DNA of 64,000 nucleotides from an uncultured Methanomassiliicoccales archaeon (GTDB taxonomy: Archaea; Thermoplasmatota; Thermoplasmata; Methanomassiliicoccales; UBA472). Made by a program: the position numbers and the translations under genes. The DNA is taken from assembly GCA_963695345.1 (NCBI GenBank), contig OY968769.1, positions 2,464,001 through 2,528,000 of the forward strand, in the 5' to 3' direction. The notes below the pieces were generated by a model that was given only the letters and a program-made list of their open reading frames with translations, made no database searches and was not told the DNA's origin. This document shows positions 56,078 through 64,000 of this stretch, one piece after another (within the stretch, counting starts at the first letter, position 1; each line of letters begins with the position of its first letter).

Positions 56078-56845
56078 GATCGGACGTTCGTCCTATCCCC
56101 GCCCGGTCCATTGGGCGGATATGGATTTTTTCCATCTCTCCATGCATGTCCTGGCCCCGCCAACAATCGTAATTAACAACCCCCTCAGAATATCTCTTGG
56201 AGCGTGGATAGATGGCTACCGTTATCTATGGGCCAATCGGATTTTCCGTCAACGACATTTTTCCGGACAGTCGGAGACATGGGCACTGACCGGGTTCAAA
56301 TGGGAGGATGTGAACGAGGTCTCTGCGCATCATTCGTGTGTAGGGGTGGAAAGGAGAGATCGCTGACTGTGACAGACATCGTTTCAGAGGCGTCACCCAA
56401 CGGAGACTGGCGCCTCCGGTTCACGGTGAGGAATGTGGGCAGCTCCACCCTGAACTACGGGATATTCACTCCGTGGATAAGGGCGTGAGTTCCTTGAACG
56501 ATACTGGAAGGAATGGGAAAAAGGAGGCGGCACGATGAGGATTCAGGTACCTGCATGACGACCAGGGCATCATAATCTCCTTCTCGGAGCTTCAGGAAGG
56601 GTTCGACGGCGAACTGACCCTGATGCCGAAGGAAGGCCAGTAGGTGAAGGTATTGGATCTGCCCGGTAAAATAGGGAGAAGCCGGGCAGCGGGGAGGATT
56701 TCAGAAGCCTGATCGAACGGGTGAAGCAGCACAAGGTGGACATCACCAGCAAGGGAGCTTAAGCTTGTCAGGAGAACTGGCTGATAGAGATCGGACGGAA
56801 GGAAACATCCAGGTCCTGGTCGGAACAAGGCACCTGAGAGAGCGA

Positions 56846-59629
56846 TCACGCCGGTCTATGGCCGGAGTGGGCTGGCAACCTCCCCTCGATCGGGATGGTG
56901 AAATAGAAGGTGGCCCCCCGTCCTGGTTCCGACTCCACCCATATCTGTCCACCGTGCCTTTCCACGATCCTCTTGCAGATGGCCAGTCCAATGCCCGACC
57001 CTTTGTACTCGTCCCTCGTGTGCAGACGCTGGAACATCTCGAATATCCGACGCCTGTACTTCTGGTCGAACCCTATCCCGTTGTCCCTGACTGCGAATTT
57101 CCAGTATGATCCCGCCTTGAGCGCGGATATGTGCACCGTTGGTGGTTCTTCCCCATGGAACTTGATCGCGTTGGAGATCAGATTCTCCAGCAATTGGACC
57201 ATCTGGGTCTGATCGGCGCTGATGGTCGGCTGGCTCTCATAGGATATGATGGCGCCGGTCTCATTGACAGGATGCTCGAGATCCTTTAATACGATGGCCA
57301 TCACCGTTTCCATGTCGGTCGGCAGGAACTCTTTTCCTTGGGTCTCCACCCTTGAGTAGTCCAGTATGTCCTTGATCAGCCCTTTCATGTCATTGGCGCC
57401 GTCAATGGCGTGGGAGATATATTCCGTCGATCTCTTGTCCATTATGCCGCGGTTGCACCTCTCCAGAAGATGGAGATAGCTAGTTATCGTCCTCAAAGGA
57501 GCTTGCAGATCGTGCGAAGCGACGTAGGCGAACTGCTGAAGGTCGGCATTCGATCGGGCAAGCTCTTCCTGGACCTCTCGAAGTTCGGTGATATCCTGGG
57601 TGGTGGTCACTCCCCCGATGATCGCCTCTCGGTGGTCCTTGATCGGGGAGGCGGAAACCATGATCGTCCCGCCGGTGCCGTCGGACCTCTCGAGGTCGAA
57701 GACCCGTCCAATGACCGGTTTCCCATTCGTTATCGCCTCCCAAAGAGGCATTTCGTCCGGTTGAACTGGCCTGTCACTATCCTCCCACCTCAGGTCACGC
57801 TGTTGCGTTTCCTCAAGGAGTCGGACCTTCCTTTGCCTACCGCAGATATCATCTAGCCGGCTGTTCGTAAGCTCGGTCCTTCCGGAAACATCGGTGACCC
57901 GAACACCGACCGGGAGGGTATCGAGGATGGTCTTCAGACGGATCGTTTCCTCTTCCTTCCTTTGCACCAGTTCCTCTATCCGTTTCCTGGCGTTCACCTG
58001 CTCCGTGATGTCCATCATCGTGGCGACCCTTGCCGGTTCTCCATTGAAGTCCATGCTCCTGGCCTTGATCTGCACGAAACGAACATCGCCGTCCTTACGG
58101 ACCATATGCGCTTCGTACGCCTCGGCCATTGGATGCTGGACCACTTCTTCGACGATCTCCTGAGATTCTGGTGCGAATAATTCGTGGATCGATCTGCCGA
58201 TGATCTCGCCCCGGGAATATCTCATCTGCTCGAGGGCCGCTTTGTTGACATCAACGATCAACCCGTTCACATGTATCATGATGCCTTCGAATGTTGCCTC
58301 TGAGAGAGTGCGGAAACGCTCCTCACTTTCCCGCAGGTCATCCTGCGCCGCTTTCTGATCCGTGATGTCGGTAGATATGCCTAGGACCCCGATCACATTC
58401 CCTTCCTGATCTCTCAGTGGGACCTTGCTCGTGTCCAACCATCCGGTCTTGCCACCGGCCCTGCGCTGGCTTTCGACCACGTGGAGCTTCGCATTGCCGC
58501 TTTCCATCACCTGGCGGTCATCTGTCCTATATGCCTTCGCCTCGGTCCTGGCCCAGGGCATGTCAAAATCGGTCTTGCCAATGAATTCCGATGAATCGGC
58601 AAAACCGGCGTTCCTGGCGGATTCCCGGTTCGCCCCCAGGTACACCGAGTTCCGGTCCTTCCAGTATACGACCCCTGGGAAGTTGTCGAGGACTATCTTG
58701 AGCATCTGCTCCGAGCGCTGCAGCGCTTCCTCCACGTTCTTCCGCTTGGTGATGTCCTCATAGGTACCCAGAACTCCGATGACCTCTCCTTTGGAATCCC
58801 TGAGGGGAACCTTGCTGGTCTGCAGCCAACGGGTACCTCCATCGGATTGGATCTGCACCTCCTCGAAGTTGATCTTCGGTGAACCGCTCTCCATGACCTG
58901 GCGATCATCGGCCCGATAGGAGTCGGCGGAGTCACGCCATGCCAGTTCATGGTCGTTCCTCCCCACTATCTCGGCCGGGTCTGGTAGTCCTGCGTCGCGC
59001 GCCGCTATCTGATTGCAGCCCAGATAGTTCAGGTCCCGGTCCTTCCAGAACACCCGGACCGGAACGCTGTCCAGGACCAGTTGGAGCATCTGCTGGGAAC
59101 TTCGCAGAGCCTCCTCGGCCCTGACCTGTTCGGTAATATCCGTTACCACTCCGTCGATCCATTGGATTTCTCCGCCGGGGCCGGGGACGGCGGTGAATAT
59201 CAAGGAGCACACTATCGACGTACCATCTTTACGCCTCATCCTTACCTTGTGGTCCTTGACGCCACCTTCCTTTCTCAAAATGGAAAGCAATATTTCCCGA
59301 TCTCTCGGATCGCTGTAAAGTTCTATCGGGGTCACCTTCAATATCTCGGCGACGCTTTCGTAGCCGAATATCCTGGCCATCGCTGGGTTGGCTTGGATTA
59401 TGGGCTTGTTCCCAATCGCGCAGGTCTGATAGATCCCGATGTTGACGTTCTCCACCAGGGTCCTGAGCTTCTTCTCGCCTTCGGCCAACGCCCTATTGCC
59501 GCGTTCCAATTCGGCGATGCGTTCTTCGAGCTGGAGACCGGACAGTCCTATCTGCGACGCCCCTCCAGTACCGATCACCCTTTGGCGCAGGTCCCCGGCC
59601 CTTCGCAGATCATCAGGGTGCTCTTTCAT
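56846..59629 (-). CDS. Multi-PAS histidine kinase with Cph1-type kinase module
   Basis: Five PAS/PAC units; ELARSNADLQQFAYVASHDLQAPLR, NLISNAIKF, GSGIGLAIC. Confidence 0.93.
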   Translation of the reverse strand: MKEHPDDLRRAGDLRQRVIGTGGASQIGLSGLQLEERIAELERGNRALAEGEKKLRTLVENVNIGIYQTCAIGNKPIIQANPAMARIFGYESVAEILKVTPIELYSDPRDREILLSILRKEGGVKDHKVRMRRKDGTSIVCSLIFTAVPGPGGEIQWIDGVVTDITEQVRAEEALRSSQQMLQLVLDSVPVRVFWKDRDLNYLGCNQIAARDAGLPDPAEIVGRNDHELAWRDSADSYRADDRQVMESGSPKINFEEVQIQSDGGTRWLQTSKVPLRDSKGEVIGVLGTYEDITKRKNVEEALQRSEQMLKIVLDNFPGVVYWKDRNSVYLGANRESARNAGFADSSEFIGKTDFDMPWARTEAKAYRTDDRQVMESGNAKLHVVESQRRAGGKTGWLDTSKVPLRDQEGNVIGVLGISTDITDQKAAQDDLRESEERFRTLSEATFEGIMIHVNGLIVDVNKAALEQMRYSRGEIIGRSIHELFAPESQEIVEEVVQHPMAEAYEAHMVRKDGDVRFVQIKARSMDFNGEPARVATMMDITEQVNARKRIEELVQRKEEETIRLKTILDTLPVGVRVTDVSGRTELTNSRLDDICGRQRKVRLLEETQQRDLRWEDSDRPVQPDEMPLWEAITNGKPVIGRVFDLERSDGTGGTIMVSASPIKDHREAIIGGVTTTQDITELREVQEELARSNADLQQFAYVASHDLQAPLRTITSYLHLLERCNRGIMDKRSTEYISHAIDGANDMKGLIKDILDYSRVETQGKEFLPTDMETVMAIVLKDLEHPVNETGAIISYESQPTISADQTQMVQLLENLISNAIKFHGEEPPTVHISALKAGSYWKFAVRDNGIGFDQKYRRRIFEMFQRLHTRDEYKGSGIGLAICKRIVERHGGQIWVESEPGRGATFYFTIPIEGRLPAHSGHRPA

Positions 59630-60469
59630 GCCACTCCCCCGTTAGGCCGCTTTCACGGACAAGAAAGATCTTTTTGTCCCGTCGATCGTAAGCATATCCA
59701 CTGACCAGATCCCCTGCCCCAGTTCTGAATACGCTTCCTTGCGAAACGCAGTGATCCACCAGCAATCTGATTTCGGACATGATGAACGCCATGATCCAGA
59801 TATTAAATATAACATTCCATATAATATAAAATAGGCCTCGAACAAAGGATCTGATCCTCCCCATTTTCACCACTTTCAATAATGTCTGGCATCGTTCCTC
59901 GTGGTGGCCTTCGAGTCGTCACGGAAAATCGTTAACTTTTCAACTCTTGATTGGCCACGGTCATCCGAAACAGGGAACCGCTGATGGCATTCCATGAGTC
60001 CAAATCCAATGGGCATCGTCCCTGATTGCCGACCCGAAGATCCATCAGTCAGTAATAAGCCACGAACTAGAGGATAATGATTTTCATCCATGCGCTGGCG
60101 CCTTACCATTGGACAACCTGATGCCTGAATCCGTCATAGTATCAAAACTAGGACCGGCCATTCCTTGGAATTCGTGGATGGACCCCGATCAGGCAATTCC
60201 CCATCATCATTTCCCGGACCAATTATTCGTATGCCTTATCTCTCTGCGGTCATTGCTCCATCTGTAGGGCGAACTGATCGGTGTACCTAACGATCAATCT
60301 CCTCAAAATATGGGTGTCCCAGAGCGTCATGTACGCGCCCGCCGGATGAGCCGGACGTTTCTTAGGAGGAAAGCCGTGGTACATAGGCCGGCGGCCGCGT
60401 GTAAGACAATTCGGAGATGAGCGATAAGACACTTTCGGATGTTTTTCAAAAACACGAATGGGCCATTGT

Positions 60470-60937
60470 CTAGAACCAGAACTTCGGATCGGAACCGTCC
60501 GAGAGCGAGTCGAGTATGTCCTTGAGATTGATCACCGTGGCCTCCATTTCATCCGCGCACATCGGTTTGACCAGATAGGCGTTGGCGAGATTCTGCCTCG
60601 CCTTCTCAATATCTTCGGTCGAGTTCGACCCTGAACATATCACGATGCAGATATCGGTCAATTTCACTCCCTTCCGAATGAATGACAGGACCTCATGTCC
60701 GTTCTTTTTCGGAAGGTTGACATCCAATAATATGAGATCGGGGAACCGATGTTCGCCATTTAAGGCAGCTTTTATGAAGCGTATCGCCCCTTCCCCATCA
60801 TCGACCAATGACAGGTCGAAAGGAAAGCCGGTCTCCTGCATCAAAGTGCCCATCAACACAGCGTCCGCCTGGTTGTCTTCGACAAGAAGGACGTTCAAAG
60901 GAATGTTCCTTTCAATTGTGTCCTTCTTATTGTTCAT
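60470..60937 (-). CDS. Stand-alone response regulator (Rcp1-like)
   Basis: VLLVEDNQAD, PDLILLDVNLPKKNGHEVL, AYLVKP. Confidence 0.9.
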   Translation of the reverse strand: MNNKKDTIERNIPLNVLLVEDNQADAVLMGTLMQETGFPFDLSLVDDGEGAIRFIKAALNGEHRFPDLILLDVNLPKKNGHEVLSFIRKGVKLTDICIVICSGSNSTEDIEKARQNLANAYLVKPMCADEMEATVINLKDILDSLSDGSDPKFWF

Positions 60938-61189
60938 GAAATCAACGACCCAGAAATTATTATGCGGTAATCCTCACTCCATACGGGCCATTGGTCACGC
61001 ATTGGCCGCTTTTATGGATTTTATATATTTAAGATTCATGTTGTCATGAAATATTTGAGATAACCGTCATTCGAGCGATCGATATCAGGTAACAGTTTTC
61101 TGCATCACCCGGGCATGGAAGCCATGAAGATGGCTCATCTGATAGAATGTGGAATAATAATATCTACCCATCACAATATGGCGTGGTTA

Positions 61190-62356
61190 ATGAACGAGCA
61201 TGACCGGTCCTCCATGCGGAAATTCGTCTCGCCTGAGATCATCTTCGGTGAAGGCGCACTAGACCTGATAGGAAGATATGTCACCAACCTGTCCGGTCAG
61301 AGGATATTCATCGTTTCCGATAAGGGGGTGGGCTCAGCCGGTTGGACAGGACGCGTTGAGCATTCTATCCAGGATGCTGGATTGGAGCATGTCCTGTTCG
61401 ATGCGGTTTCCGCAAACCCCAGGACCTCGGAGGTCATGAAAGGGGCAGAGCTCTATGAACGCGAGAAATGCGACGTCATCGTGGCCGTTGGAGGAGGGAG
61501 CCCGATGGACTGCGCCAAGGCGGTCGGGGTTGTCGCCACCAACGGGCGGAACGTGCTCGAATTCGAGGGAGTGGACGCAGTTGAGGTGCCAGGCCCCCCG
61601 CTCATCTGCATACCCACCACGGCCGGTTCATCTGCGGACGTATCTCAGTTTGCCATCATCACCGATGAGGTCAGGAAGAAGAAGATGGCGATCATCAGCA
61701 AGGCCATGGTTCCCGACATCTCCATTATCGATCCCGCCACCACCGCCACGATGGGCCTGGACCTGACCGCCGATACCGGAATGGACGCGCTATGCCATGC
61801 ATTCGAAGCCTATGTTTCGAACGCATCATCGATGATGACGGACCTTTTCGCCCTGGAAGCGGTAAGGCTCATCTCAGAGCACCTGCCCTTGGCCTATGAG
61901 CAACCGGACTCGATGCTCCACCGGGAGAACATGATGCGGGGCAGCATGTACGCCGGATTGGCATTCTCCAACGCCAGCCTGGGGCTGGTGCATGCCATGG
62001 CCCACAGCGCCGGAGGGATGTACGATGCCCCTCACGGGGAATGTAACGCGGCCCTGCTGGAGCATGTAGTCCAATTCAACTATCCATCCGCTTCCGGTCG
62101 ATACGACATGTTGGAGAGCGTCATGCGCGGTACCATTCCGAAGGACCGCGGACTGGACCCCGAGGAGAGATTGGTGGGCAAGCTGCGGGATCTGAGGAAA
62201 AGGTTGGGAATACTGCACGGCCTGACCTATTCCAATGTCCTCAGGGCGGACCTGGTCAAACTGGGCGAGAATGCCCTTCAGGACCCCTGCATCGCCACGA
62301 ACCCAAGACCGGTGACGCTTTCGGAGGTGATGGGGATCTATGAGCGAGCGCTCTAA
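61190..62356 (+). CDS. ercA: Iron-containing alcohol dehydrogenase, ErcA-like regulatory type
   Basis: RKFVSPEIIFG, GGGSPMDCAK, PTTAGSSADVSQFAII, GMDALCHAFEAY, GLVHAMAH, PHGECNA; overlaps the downstream kinase gene. Confidence 0.85.
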   Translation: MNEHDRSSMRKFVSPEIIFGEGALDLIGRYVTNLSGQRIFIVSDKGVGSAGWTGRVEHSIQDAGLEHVLFDAVSANPRTSEVMKGAELYEREKCDVIVAVGGGSPMDCAKAVGVVATNGRNVLEFEGVDAVEVPGPPLICIPTTAGSSADVSQFAIITDEVRKKKMAIISKAMVPDISIIDPATTATMGLDLTADTGMDALCHAFEAYVSNASSMMTDLFALEAVRLISEHLPLAYEQPDSMLHRENMMRGSMYAGLAFSNASLGLVHAMAHSAGGMYDAPHGECNAALLEHVVQFNYPSASGRYDMLESVMRGTIPKDRGLDPEERLVGKLRDLRKRLGILHGLTYSNVLRADLVKLGENALQDPCIATNPRPVTLSEVMGIYERAL

Positions 62357-63512
62357 CGGGAACAATATCGAGGATCTCAGGCAGAAGATAATAGGTCTGG
62401 GGGAGAAATCCCAAAGGAAGAGCTACTATCCCCAGCTGCACAAACGCATTAGCGAACTGGAGCAGGCACTGGCCGCGCTCGGGGAAAGCGAGACCAAGTA
62501 CCGCACCCTGGTCGAGAACGTCAATGTGGGGATCTTCCGTTCCATCGCATCCTCGGGAAAGATCACCCATGCCAATACCGCGTTCCTCCGCATATTTGGA
62601 TACAGTGACGACGCCACGGACATCAACGCACTGGATCTTTATCCCAACCGCGACGACAGAATTGGGAATCTCTCTCAGCTTGCCGCCCAGGTCAGTATCA
62701 AATCGCTCCGAACCAGGCTGAAGCGGGTGGATGGAACCGACATCATCTGCTCGCTCACACTGACCGCCAGGTTCCGGCCGGATGGCGAAATTGATTATAT
62801 CGACGGTGTCGTCGAGGACATCACCGAGAAGGAGCACCAGGAGGAGGCATTACGGCAGGCCAACAACAAGCTGAACCTGCTGAGCTCGATCACCAGGCAT
62901 GACGTGAACAATCAGCTCATGGCGATCGAGGGATTCCTGGAGCTGGCCTCGCAGAGGATCACGGACCCGGTGGCCCTGGATTACCTGGCAAAGGTCAAGG
63001 CCAACGCCAACTCGATAGGGCGGCAGCAGGCATTCACCAAGGACTATCAGGAGATCGGGGTCAAGGAACCGCAATGGATCTCGCTCGGGAAGTCGATATC
63101 CTCAGCCCTGCTTACCGTGGACAAGGCGCAACTTAAGATCAACGTCGAAGTGGGTGAGTATGAGGTCTTCGCCGACCCGATGATAACCAAGGTGTTCTTC
63201 AACATCGGAAGCAATGTCAACCGGCATGCCCAGGCCAGCAACCTGTTCATAACCACCAGGGAGGAAAATGGACTGCTGTTGCTGTCGTTCGCGGACGACG
63301 GCATCGGAATCGGAAAAAAGGACCGTCTGTTCACCAGGGGATCCTCATTCGGATATGGCCTGTTCCTTTCGAAAGAGATCCTCGCCATCACCGGTATCAG
63401 CATCAAGGAGGTGGGAATACCGGGCAAGGGCGCCACCTTCGAGATGACCTTCCCACAGGATAGGTTCCGCCATACTCCGGTAAGGCAATACATGTCGAGA
63501 ATAACAGTATGA
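62340..63512 (+). CDS. PAS histidine kinase with ErcS-like N-terminus
   Basis: IIGLGEKSQRKSYYPQL, one PAS domain, SSITRHDVNNQL, DDGIG, GYGLF. Confidence 0.88.
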   Translation: MSERSNGNNIEDLRQKIIGLGEKSQRKSYYPQLHKRISELEQALAALGESETKYRTLVENVNVGIFRSIASSGKITHANTAFLRIFGYSDDATDINALDLYPNRDDRIGNLSQLAAQVSIKSLRTRLKRVDGTDIICSLTLTARFRPDGEIDYIDGVVEDITEKEHQEEALRQANNKLNLLSSITRHDVNNQLMAIEGFLELASQRITDPVALDYLAKVKANANSIGRQQAFTKDYQEIGVKEPQWISLGKSISSALLTVDKAQLKINVEVGEYEVFADPMITKVFFNIGSNVNRHAQASNLFITTREENGLLLLSFADDGIGIGKKDRLFTRGSSFGYGLFLSKEILAITGISIKEVGIPGKGATFEMTFPQDRFRHTPVRQYMSRITV

Positions 63513-64000
63513 AAGACAGGAAACGTTGATCCTCACCGGGCAATGTACTTCAATTTCGTTCTACACCAGTTGGACTGGATGGTGAACATATCCGTACAAA
63601 ACGTTGTAATCCTTCATATTCAGCGCCTGACATTGTTCATCTTCTACTCTCATGGCGTCACCCAAAAATCGGAGCCGGTAAGGGGCGACAGAACTATTGA
63701 TTGTCGCAGCATCGGTATCATTGGTCGTCATCGGTACGTCTTCAAAACCTGTCTTGTGCGAGACGCCCTTTCACCTGAGCATGGAAAAAAAGCCACCATA
63801 TTAGGCATTAGAATGAGGTGAGAAATGTGGCCAAGGGTCCAAGAGGATGTTTGCTTGGCCTTTCTTCATTTGTGTTGTTAGCTAGTAACAGAGAGTCATT
63901 GAAATACTAGATTGCAGGAACGGTATCGCCATCCAAAGCCGAACTCGGATGGAAATATCTTAAACAGAGTTGGTTAATCGTATGAGATTGATGAGTACAA

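Noticed and set aside
56204-56488. ORF with a beta-rich, Ig/CARDB-like segment (FTVRNVGS)
   Set aside because: No credible start or signal peptide; at most a relic.
59779-59857. Possible box C/D sRNA (ATGATGA ... CTGA)
   Set aside because: Longer than typical, no clear C' box, and the AT-rich interior fits the promoter of the minus-strand kinase.
59876-60432. Short minus-strand ORFs between the kinase and the response regulator
   Set aside because: No recognisable motifs or start signals.
63543-64000. 92-aa ORF and window end
   Set aside because: AT-rich, non-protein-like; probably intergenic.

Overview
Archaeal chromosomal window, most likely Methanomassiliicoccales/Thermoplasmata. This taxon is inferred from the Mvh-type hydrogenase, archaeal FtsZ, TATA-like promoters and kinase style. 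1-19.4 kb: a cobalamin-type ECF transporter, a YyaL/SSP411 protein, an unusual operon (2x[ferredoxin-MvhD])-nfnA-nfnB-mvhG-mvhA transcribed divergently from NADP-glutamate dehydrogenase, and a seven-gene SPFH/Zn-ribbon/LemA/TPM membrane-stress operon. This part is full of single-base frameshifts that look like long-read errors. 19.5-29.3 kb: small stress, redox and transport genes, a Lys/Ala-rich H1-like protein, a CPA2 antiporter and a hydantoinase. 29.5-63.5 kb: a signalling-rich region (7 PAS histidine kinases, 2 stand-alone receivers, orphan CheC, an ErcA/ErcS-like pair) interleaved with satP, ftsZ, a candidate RiPP locus (Cys-rich peptide plus radical SAM/SPASM enzyme), a hydrogenase protease preceded by a scrambled mvhA relic, and a CxxC-less TrxR/FNR. 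Best novelty candidates: the HdrA-less Mvh-Nfn complex, the Cys-rich RiPP system and the PspA-less SPFH operon. No tRNA, rRNA, CRISPR array or transposase was recognised. All homology calls come from motif recognition by eye; no database search was run.
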